Source of the DNA: Mayamaea pseudoterrestris
Taxonomy: Eukaryota
Assembly (NCBI GenBank): GCA_027923505.1
Contig: BROI01000008.1
Location: 186,001 to 250,000 of the forward strand
DNA length: 64,000 bases
Direction of reading: 5' to 3'
Made by a program: the position numbers and the translations under genes
The notes under the pieces: generated by a model
Database searches by the model: none
What the model was told of the DNA's origin: nothing
Seen by the model: only the letters and a program-made list of their open reading frames with translations
Shown here: positions 55,766 through 64,000 of the stretch, piece by piece
How positions within the stretch are numbered: the first letter of the stretch is position 1
Layout: every line of letters starts with the position of its first letter

Positions 55766-56536
55766 TTAGGCAGCAACAACGACCATGGCAGCCCTAACAA
55801 GGATATCACCGCATCGAAAGCCCTTTTGTAGCTCCTCACAAACAATGCCTTCTTCATAATCCTCGCTCGGTCGCTGCATGACAGCTTGATGATTCTCATA
55901 GTCAAACTCCTTGCCAACAGTTTCGACTGGCTTCACTCCAAGCTTGTCAAATGTAGACAGAACCATGTCGTACGCTTCCTTATATTCTGCTTCAATTGCT
56001 CTCTCAGCATCCGTCTCTGGTGTGACGGCAATAAACGCGCGATCGTAGTTGTCAAGCATGGTGAGCAGTTGCCTCGCAACTTGAACAGTTGACATCGTAT
56101 CACCAGCATTATTCTGCGTGTTCATTCGTTGCTGAATGTTCTTGTATTCTTTTTGCAATTCATCCAGCTGCGGTCCCCATTCATCCTTGCCGGCTTGTAG
56201 TCGCGCCTTGGCTTCTTCTAGGGCCGTTTCGACGGCGACTGCATCCTTTCGCAGAACCTCTAGCTTGCGCGTGAGAAAGGCTGGCGAGGTAAGAATGTCG
56301 GTGCCACCCGTAGAAGTTTTCGACTCGACCGGAGGAGAAATGTCCTCGGCGACTTCGGCATCGCTTGCGGTAGCACCGTCCTCCTGCTCAGCGAAGAGAC
56401 ACGTGGAAGGTCTTGCGGCGACGGCGAATCGTCGGATGGAGACGCCTGATGGCGCTCTCACTGAAAAACCGCTAGTTTGACTAGCGCATAGAGTGCATAT
56501 AAGCAAAAGACTTGCTGCCAGGCGCTTGCAAAACAT
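55766..56536 (-). CDS. grpE: Plastid-targeted GrpE nucleotide exchange factor
   Basis: Bipartite leader (TSG-F), coiled coil, LL..LDNYDRA, G..FD...HQAV and EELQKGF......RAAMVVVA. Confidence 0.92.
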   Translation of the reverse strand: MFCKRLAASLLLICTLCASQTSGFSVRAPSGVSIRRFAVAARPSTCLFAEQEDGATASDAEVAEDISPPVESKTSTGGTDILTSPAFLTRKLEVLRKDAVAVETALEEAKARLQAGKDEWGPQLDELQKEYKNIQQRMNTQNNAGDTMSTVQVARQLLTMLDNYDRAFIAVTPETDAERAIEAEYKEAYDMVLSTFDKLGVKPVETVGKEFDYENHQAVMQRPSEDYEEGIVCEELQKGFRCGDILVRAAMVVVAA

Positions 56537-56714
56537 TTTAAAAGGATTCAGAAGTAGGGTAGTTAGTCCAAGTCCGAGAGTCGAATGAGTGAATGATTCG
56601 AAAGATTGATGGATGCCGATGTGTGACGTCTATCCTTAAACCCTACTGTGCCTGTCATCCGCGCCTGATTTATTTCGTCGCTGTTTATACGCCGTAGTTT
56701 GGCTGCTACATACT

Positions 56715-57835
56715 TTAAAAGCTTAACGATTGACCACTCCAATCATAAAAGCCACCTGAGTATTCTTCGGTCATGGAATCGATAACGTCCAGCAGCTGGT
56801 TCACCGTGAACTCGACGGGAAAGAGGCTTCCTTCCTTGACGTTGGCTTGAAAGGGCACACTCAAATCTGTGTCCGTAGTTCCAGGATGCAGGGCGACGGT
56901 CCAAGCCGAATGACGCTTTAACTCCAACGCCAATGTTCTGGTGTACTGATTCATTGCCGACTTGCTCATGCGGTAGGAGTACCATCCTCCCAATCCATTG
57001 TCTGCGATGGAACCGACTCGGGCACTGAGGTTGGCAACAATGGCTGTAGGTCGCTGCTGTCTACTGCTGTCCTTTTGTTTTCGACGATCGCGAAGCAACA
57101 ACGGCAAAAGCTCCTTACTCAGCATCGCCGGACCAACCAGATTGATGGCAAGTGTCTTTTGCAACCAATCGCGATTTAATTTGGCCAGAGACCGTTCCGG
57201 TCCAGGTGTTGTCCTGCCGTCGCCAAGTATACCAGCCACGTTCAAAAGTAGATCGACCCTTTGATACTTGTCACGAATTTCTTTGCCAGCATTTGCAATT
57301 GACGATTGGTTCTCTAGATCGAGTTGGACAACTTGTATCCGATCGTGCTGTGATGACGCAATGTAGTTGTTCAAGGACGTTGCAGATGCAGGCGTTCGAC
57401 AAAGCGCGACAATCGTTCCCTGTAAACGATAATAATGTTATAAGTATCATCGCACAAATGTCTGCGTATACTAGTTGAAGTCTGATCACCCACCTTGCTT
57501 CGTTCCGTCAAGCTTTTGACAAACTGTAAGCCAATGCCTCGGTTGGAACCAGACACGACAAAGACGGCCCCGGGATCACTGTTTCGTTTCTGCGATTCCG
57601 AATTTGGTTCTGTAGCAACAGCAAAGTCAATATTCGGAAACACTGGAGTTCCATGCGTCCCTGGAGGCGGTGCCGGCTGAAAATTGGTGGAATATAACCG
57701 CGTACTACCGGTAGATGATCCGGGTCGGGCGAACGAGAAAGCGGTTTCAAAAGCAGCTACCGATACGCCCAGCGGAAGCCGAGAGAGACGGTATATACAG
57801 GCAGCACAACCCATTGCGTTATGCAAACTCATCAT
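56715..57835 (-). CDS. Short-chain dehydrogenase/reductase, C-factor (CsgA)-like (2 exons)
   Basis: SGSNRGIG, DLLLNVAGIL, SARVGSI.DN.LGGWYSYRMSK (YxxxK) and LHPGT..TDLS. Intron 57420-57493. Organelle-type N-terminal leader. Confidence 0.9.
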
Positions 57836-58087
57836 TGGTACCGTGACTTCAGGAATGACGCGTCTATACCATGATCAACTCTAAATTCCATCACACTTTC
57901 GGACGAATGATGTGCGATGTTTGAGCATGTCATGATGACGTGTTTGAGAACCGATGCGATGTTCGCCACGTCGCGCCGCGCCGCGGCGCCTTTTCGGCCA
58001 TGAAACCATGAAATTCAGTCGCCACCCCTTTCGTGTTTGTACAAGTAATCTCTAGTAGGCAGCTTTGAAGGAGAGTTATAGGAAAAA

Positions 58088-58562
58088 ATGATTGCTGATC
58101 CAATGGCTGACCTAACCGGGGAATCTGTCCCAGGTTCTGCTAACAATGATAGTATGAACTCGCAGAAGGAAGTCTTTAATCCAATGGTTCTACAAGTCAA
58201 TCTGCAACGGATTGATCGTATTAGATCCGTCATGGGAATAGCGTCTGGATGTGCCGCTGGTATTCTTGGTTTGACGAGTTTTCAGGGTCTTGGTTAGTTG
58301 CAAATGAGCGCTTCTTGCGATTGCGGCTTGTCATCATTTTTACCAAATCAATTCATGAATGTGTCGGCCCTCTTTTACAGCATGTTTCATCGCACTTCAT
58401 CTGTTTGTTCTCATATCTATATGGGTCTGGAAGATGAACTGCAGACTATCAACGTACACAAAGCAATCGTGTTTCCAATATATGACCGCGTCTGTCCAAG
58501 CAACGGCCCTGTCATTCACATTATTTTGGACGCTGTTCTACGGACTAGTCTACCTTTACTAG
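58088..58562 (+). CDS. EMC6: ER membrane protein complex subunit 6 (2 exons)
   Basis: N...I..IRSVMGIASGCAAGILGLT...G and C-terminal SFTLFWTLFYGLVYLY. Intron 58293-58380. Confidence 0.9.
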
Positions 58563-58662
58563 ACAAGTCTCTAGTTGATATATTTATTAACGGTACTCCG
58601 TAATGGATATACGCAACGTGCAGTCTTACGTGTAGTGGTATGCGTATCGTACCTGAGCTTGC

Positions 58663-59326
58663 TTACCTTGGAGCTCCAAAGGCCTCAGGCATGCGCTCAA
58701 CAGTGTATCGGTAACCACTAATGTACATGCAAGGCACACCAGGAATCTTACGAATACGCCCACGTAGCTCCTTGTCACATGTAGCTACGATGAAGCACTT
58801 CCACTGTTTCGCCATGTTGACCAAACAGTCATCCGCGTAATTGCCCTTGCAGTGACAAGGGATCCGCTCAAAGCGAGGATCCTTGGCTAATCGCAGCGCA
58901 ATTCTGTACTTGCCGCCGAGTTTCTCTAGTTCAGCCATGACGCAGTCCGTGACGCATGGTGTGCATTTGGCTAGCAAACAGTCCATCATTGATCGAACTA
59001 TGTCAAGCTTTTTTCTGTGAATATGCAGCGATGTGAGTAAACAGGTTGCAGAATCCGTCGCGCGAACCGGATCGACGTCATACTAACCGAATTGAAAAGT
59101 TGATAAAATTGGTATCAATCAAAACATTGTAGGGCGGACCAAGCTGCGTATTGTGGCTGAAGAATAAGGCTGTGGATTGTTGTTCGACATGGCGTGGAGC
59201 TTCGGCCTTCTTTTGTTCCAAAACTTTTTGCTTCGCTTTCTCGGCATTCTCTTGGACGCGTGTATCCTTCGGGCTTATAATTTTCTTCGTTACGGCAAAC
59301 TTGCGAGTTTGTTTAGCTTTCCCCAT
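58663..59326 (-). CDS. FCF1: rRNA-processing PIN protein FCF1/UTP24 (2 exons)
   Basis: [43 protein letters not shown] and [16 protein letters not shown]. Intron 59015-59087. Confidence 0.95.
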
Positions 59327-59821
59327 TGTCAGCTTTTGGATAGTCTGAAAGCAGACTTTGCGACGAACTTTGATGTGCGGCCAAATCGATGGCCATCAGA
59401 ATCACATTCAGTCCCGGTCCGACAGATGCAATAGCTATGTGAGCCGCAACTGACAAAGATGTAAGAGAGTTAAGAAATATATCTATTTATACTGCTATCC
59501 CGTAAACCGTCTCCCACCCGTAGTGACAAGCGATAAATAGATTCACAGATGTATTGGGGCCCCGCCGTCCCAACTGACAAAGTTTTATGTGTACATACCG
59601 GTGTACGGTATGCCTACGGGTATACATAGTCCCCTGCCACAGTACAATAATCTTCTGGCTATAAATTCTAAATTACTATCGTTATCGCCCAAAACAATTC
59701 GGTTGCCTGCTGCAATCAGCTCAGCACTAACGGACCGGCACTTGCAGCGGAGTGCCACTGCTGGATTCATCTGCGTCGACAGCCAAATGGCATAAAATCT
59801 ACAGAAGCGTGAATTGTAAGC

Positions 59822-61204
59822 TCAATGCCTTTTCTTTGCTTCTACATGCTCAAGATAGTGTGCCGCCTCGCGGACGAGCGAAACGTCATTAGCGGCATCA
59901 AGGACCCGCGAGCAAGTCATCACAATATCTTCAGTGGGAGTCATGGCAGCAACTAATAGAGAATATTCCTCTTGAATATTCTCAGCTAGTGGTTGCTGTC
60001 TACCCGACGGGGCTTGAGCACTTGATGTCAAAGATGCGATCCGCAGCAACGACGATTCCACTTCCTCCGTAGAAACCACGATCGGAGCATCCTCATCGGA
60101 GTCATCATCTCCGTCTTCTTCCCTTGCATCCTCCGCTTGGAGTAGATTAGCGGTGACACGCTTGAGTTTCACTGCAAGTGCCGATAGCTGAGGATCGTGC
60201 GTCGCCAATGCTTTTGATAGTAATCTTTGAATGCATGACAGCACATTATTGTCCTGAGGCATGTCCATATCGTCAAAAAAGTCACGATCAACCGAAGAAA
60301 ATTGCTGAAGCATGATGTCAAGAAAGCATCTGTACATTTCGATTCGTTCGTGAAACATTTCAGCGAGCGAAAGCATGGCAATAAGGTCTCTCCAACATTG
60401 CAGCGATGCAAAGCAATGCAAATGGACAAACAAAAGATAGGAAAGCTGTAGATCTGCCAGCAACAGTCGCCAGTTGGAGTCATAATGCATGTCAATGACT
60501 ATTTGCAAAGCAAGGTCTCCGGAATGTGGGTGTATAAACAGGGCACTCCGTTGCGGGCTTTCCAGGCGCGCCAACAATTGCTTGGTGCCCTTGTGCTGCG
60601 AGTGGCGGGCCGTTTGGATCGCTCTGATGACAGGTATACATGGATAGGTCACAGCCACGCCGTCGGCGATTAATCTTGCCTGTTTCACTTGTTGTAACTG
60701 CACATCTTCCTCGTCGTCGACGAAGCTACTTGGAATAATCTTGTCGCCAGAATGGAGATTGTGCTTGCTTCGTAAAAATGACTCTGAAATAAAGCACGAC
60801 AAATTGTTCCACTCAATTCGGCAAGGTGCAGTAGTGAATAGCTGGTAATGCACGAGTCGATGCGCACCGATTCGTCCACGACCGATTTGGTCTAGCAAGT
60901 TGGTCCTCGTTAATGGATCGACTGGTTGTGTTGAAGTTTCTTCGGTCAATGGATCATAGCAGCGTATAAAGTGATTCCCAACATTTGCAAAGATCACAAA
61001 TCCCACCGTCACTCCAATGGCTGCATTGCCGTGTCCCGCTCGATGTGCCGCTCTGGTCGTAAGGAAATGAAACGAATTATCATCGGGCACAGAGCCAAAC
61101 CCAACAAAGTCGTCACTTTTTAGAGCAACCTGTTGACCATCAAAGCATAAAATACTTCCAGCTGGAAGGTGAAGAACCGCAACGACAATTCCGGAGTTGT
61201 CCAT
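59822..61204 (-). CDS. AAR2: AAR2 U5 snRNP assembly factor homolog
   Basis: N-terminal LP.GS...FD......F.GF..VP....HF, and LLADLQLSYLLF......SL..W..LI, resembling the AAR2 LL.ELQ.AF motif. Confidence 0.7.
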   Translation of the reverse strand: MDNSGIVVAVLHLPAGSILCFDGQQVALKSDDFVGFGSVPDDNSFHFLTTRAAHRAGHGNAAIGVTVGFVIFANVGNHFIRCYDPLTEETSTQPVDPLTRTNLLDQIGRGRIGAHRLVHYQLFTTAPCRIEWNNLSCFISESFLRSKHNLHSGDKIIPSSFVDDEEDVQLQQVKQARLIADGVAVTYPCIPVIRAIQTARHSQHKGTKQLLARLESPQRSALFIHPHSGDLALQIVIDMHYDSNWRLLLADLQLSYLLFVHLHCFASLQCWRDLIAMLSLAEMFHERIEMYRCFLDIMLQQFSSVDRDFFDDMDMPQDNNVLSCIQRLLSKALATHDPQLSALAVKLKRVTANLLQAEDAREEDGDDDSDEDAPIVVSTEEVESSLLRIASLTSSAQAPSGRQQPLAENIQEEYSLLVAAMTPTEDIVMTCSRVLDAANDVSLVREAAHYLEHVEAKKRH

Positions 61205-61647
61205 TATTGTTTCAAGTGTGGAACTATCTGTAAACGTTTGGGCACGAAAGCAGAAGGTGATGCCCAGTCGCCATGATCCTTCTGTTGATACCTGTCGCAC
61301 CACTAGCCGGTGCGACGCTTGAAACGCGACCGTTCTGCTTGGACACCTTTGTAATCGTACGATATTATAGACTCTTCAACAAAAAGCCTACCTGGTATCT
61401 AGAATCCAGTTCATCCTTGCGTTGTTACTTCACTAGATCACTAATAGTACGGATTTTGTGGGCGTTGCGTACATGTAACGTCAAGACAGTTGACATGCAT
61501 CCATGTCAACAGACTGCCACAATTAAATACATGAATAGTAAGATGTACTGTAGATTTATAAATCAGTCTGAATCTAATCTCGGACTGGTAAACACTAAAA
61601 GTCTGTGGGTACTGATTGGACTCGCATATACAAGCAACTCTTTCCCT

Positions 61648-62424
61648 TTAAAACTCCTCCCATCGCAACTTTTTACGGCAGCTCGGACAATTCTGATTCT
61701 GTTCAACCCATTGGTAGAGACAGGGCAAATGAAAATAAGTGCGATTAGCACCACAACCACAAAATGTCGGGATTCTTGGATTGGTGGGATCAAAATTTTC
61801 CATGCAAATGACGCATTCATCGTCATGCGAATCCATTGATGCAGCCATGAGCTTTGACATTTCCTTCTGAATGTCCGATCCAGGCAAGACAACTTCATCT
61901 ATATTGATTGTAAGTACGCCTTTGGTTGATGAGTCAAAAGATGATGCAGGTCGAACAGAAAGCCGTTTCAAAGGCTTGCTCGTCATAGCTTCATGCGCGC
62001 CTGGACTGTCAAGAGAGTCGTAGGTTCGAAACTTGTCTCTGAGCGATCGAACAAATTGATTAATGCCTCGTTGCAATTCACCTTCCTCTCGTATGCAATC
62101 ATTGCGGCAACAATCTTGTCTCGAGTTATCATCATTGTCAACTATCAGCTCCGCTGTTGCATCGTCCTCAGCTGAACGTGCCGCAGCGACCTGGTATGTG
62201 GAAATGGAACGCTCCATGCGAGTCGAAGAAAGTACTCCTCGCCCTGTAGGTATGGTGCGATCTTCTTCGGCCTCTTTGTCACGATTACAGTCGCAGCAGA
62301 GACGAAAGCACATCATAACAGCTTTCTCGAGTGAACAAGCTACTGCAGACTGCTTGGCGTTTACGAGTGATAATGCCAAGTCGCTTCCGTCGTCGCGAAA
62401 GAACATGGTTGACGTCATGGTCAT
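61648..62424 (-). CDS. C-terminal RING-finger (C4HC3-type) E3 ligase
   Basis: CVIC...FDP.NP...T.CGC......FHLPCL.QW......CPSC. Confidence 0.85.
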   Translation of the reverse strand: MTMTSTMFFRDDGSDLALSLVNAKQSAVACSLEKAVMMCFRLCCDCNRDKEAEEDRTIPTGRGVLSSTRMERSISTYQVAAARSAEDDATAELIVDNDDNSRQDCCRNDCIREEGELQRGINQFVRSLRDKFRTYDSLDSPGAHEAMTSKPLKRLSVRPASSFDSSTKGVLTINIDEVVLPGSDIQKEMSKLMAASMDSHDDECVICMENFDPTNPRIPTFCGCGANRTYFHLPCLYQWVEQNQNCPSCRKKLRWEEF

Positions 62425-62679
62425 GAGCGTGGGGGTAGCGGTGCGACAAGCCTATCAAATTAGGGATGAAGATTCGCACGACATTGTGGACGACTTGTCC
62501 TTGCTTCTCCAAGAAGGAAGCTGTGCATCGAGCCCCTGTTTTTGCTAATTGGTCGACTTGCAGTACAATTACAAGATTATTTAGAGGCCCTGTGTTGCTC
62601 TGGATCAGAATACTTGAATTTTAGAATTTGCTTTGTCTAGCAGGTGAAGCAAATCCTGCGCGAGTCACCGGCCATCACT

Positions 62680-64000
62680 ATGGCACGAACGAGTCGCAAC
62701 CCCGTGGCAAGCAGCATGGACGCGCTCGACAATATCGATCTTGATGACATGTTTGCCGATGAGGGAGACGCTCTTTTCGATGGCCTAGACATTGATCTCG
62801 GCAATATGGACGATATTACCGGAGCTGCGAGTGTCAACGATGACAACGACCTACCGATGACAGCGCCACTGCACGAGCAACAAACTCCGTCACAGGATGA
62901 CAATACTCGCCGACGCATAAACAAGCGAAAAATAAAGTCTCCTTCATGTTTTGACGATGACGAGGAAGAACTTAATGGCTCTATCAAGAAGAAAACGCCC
63001 AAGAAGCGCCAGACAAAGGCAGCTAATTCTTCAAAAAAGGGAAAAGCCAATGGTCCTACCGCCGCAGTTCAAACAGCTGTCGCCCCTCCTATCATCATTC
63101 CTGACCCGATTTCTGTAAAAAGCAAGAAGACAAAGTCTACTATGTCAACGACCTTGCCGCATCCGTCGCAGAGGGGCATTGTTGCTGCTGCCGGACAATT
63201 CGGTGGTAGAAACAAACGAGGATCGTATGTACTTCCAAAAGCAGCTCCTGTCACGCAGAAAATGAAGCCAATAGCAGGCCCTCCGACGCTAGCTAGAGCC
63301 TCTTCAATGGAAGGAGTAATTAAGATCCAGCCGCAGCACCCATTGTCTCGGGCTGACATTATGGCGCGGATATACGCGACGCATCCTGGTTTGCAACAAG
63401 GCAATTTCTGCGGATTACTCCCGAGCAACACTATCTTTTATCCATTCATGCCTACACTTCCAAACGAACCCTCGCTTAAACAACGCAAGCTCTTTCCCGT
63501 AATTGACCGCATCCACACATCGTTTTTGGCGTCTGTTGGAAGCTCATCCGTTTCTGCAGTTGACAAAACGACATCACCAACATCTAGTGATACGCATCAA
63601 ATACATCCTATCGTCGCCTTGATGCAAGATTGCTACAAGGATGAAAAAACACCTGCTATGGGCGCCGATTCAATAGAGGTCAATCAGCAGTCGGAAAGAG
63701 CAACCGTGCTCGTTGCGGCGGCGAACGAAACTAGACGGACTGTGTCGCTTTTCGACAAGCATCAGCTTGCAGGTGATCTCATGGCAGTTTGCTCATTGCT
63801 TAAGCGTCAGCATGATTTTTTAAGGCAAAACAAGTCAAATATGGAGCAGTGGTGCAAGAGTCATTTTACCGAGGAAGACTATGCGTGCGTCTTTTTGCCA
63901 ATAAAGCCAAAGATCAAGCGAAAAGCTGGTGACATGACAGGTGGCAGCGTATTGGCGTCCTTTACCAAGAACCAGATTAAGGTCAAGATAATATGCAGCA
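62680..64000 (+). CDS. Unknown protein, 3'-truncated by the window end (acidic N-terminus, basic NLS-like segments)
   Basis: Read by hand: ATG at 62680 and no in-frame stop to the window end (~440 codons). Absent from the ORF track because it has no stop. Begins MARTSRNPVASSMDALDNIDLDDMFADEGDALFDGLDIDL, followed later by KKKTPKKRQTK. Confidence 0.8.
   Translation, partial: MARTSRNPVASSMDALDNIDLDDMFADEGDALFDGLDIDLGNMDDITGAASVNDDNDLPMTAPLHEQQTPSQDDNTRRRINKRKIKSPSCFDDDEEELNGSIKKKTPKKRQTKAANSSKKGKANGPTAAVQTAVAPPIIIPDPISVKSKKTKSTMSTTLPHPSQRGIVAAAGQFGGRNKRGSYVLPKAAPVTQKMKPIAGPPTLARASSMEGVIKIQPQHPLSRADIMARIYATHPGLQQGNFCGLLPSNTIFYPFMPTLPNEPSLKQRKLFPVIDRIHTSFLASVGSSSVSAVDKTTSPTSSDTHQIHPIVALMQDCYKDEKTPAMGADSIEVNQQSERATVLVAAANETRRTVSLFDKHQLAGDLMAVCSLLKRQHDFLRQNKSNMEQWCKSHFTEEDYACVFLPIKPKIKRKAGDMTGGSVLASFTKNQIKVKIICS

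Noticed and set aside
59447..59612. 12-bp direct repeat CAACTGACAAAG (59447, 59571) and a small hairpin CATACCG..CGGTATG upstream of FCF1
   Set aside because: Too short to distinguish from chance without conservation data.
2241..61204. Apparent clustering of ribosome-biogenesis and replication genes (TRM11, SpoU, LTV1, RRN3, FCF1, ORC5, POLD2)
   Set aside because: They are dispersed among unrelated genes on both strands, as expected in a gene-dense housekeeping region.
61273..61898. 188-aa plus-strand and 111-aa minus-strand ORFs between AAR2 and the RING gene
   Set aside because: They overlap promoter/UTR and the RING CDS, and have a non-protein-like composition.
522..63431. Numerous 60-250 aa ORFs overlapping or antisense to real genes (e.g. 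44536-45273, 30541-31182, 13956-14588, 62637-63050)
   Set aside because: Shadow frames of genuine CDSs with no recognisable motifs.

Overview
Compact, gene-dense eukaryotic nuclear DNA, most likely from a diatom. The inference rests on short (~65-135 nt) GT-AG introns, bipartite signal+F-transit peptides on plastid proteins, a bZIP-PAS factor and an OHCU decarboxylase-HIU hydrolase fusion. About 34 protein-coding genes, many multi-exon, were reconstructed by hand. Housekeeping genes dominate: ORC5, TRM11, SpoU methylase, POLD2, LTV1, TRAPPC11, RRN3, DHFR, Tom22, SERINC, EMC6, FCF1, AAR2 and GrpE. The rest are plastid-lumen proteins, signalling/ubiquitin proteins and lineage-specific unknowns. 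I found no rRNA, tRNA, CRISPR array or intact transposon, and no clear-cut new multi-gene system. Best leads: (i) a head-to-head pair of Cys-rich single-pass membrane proteins with silicanin-like architecture; (ii) an in-frame TAG in a leaky-looking context inside the ubiquitin-like domain of a PI4K-gamma gene; (iii) a membrane-anchored atypical HDD/DFN kinase; (iv) a duplicated non-coding element carrying a 19-bp palindrome; (v) TGACGT boxes upstream of all four clearly plastid-targeted genes; (vi) a stand-alone bacterial-type DHFR. All product calls come from motif recognition; no searches were run.
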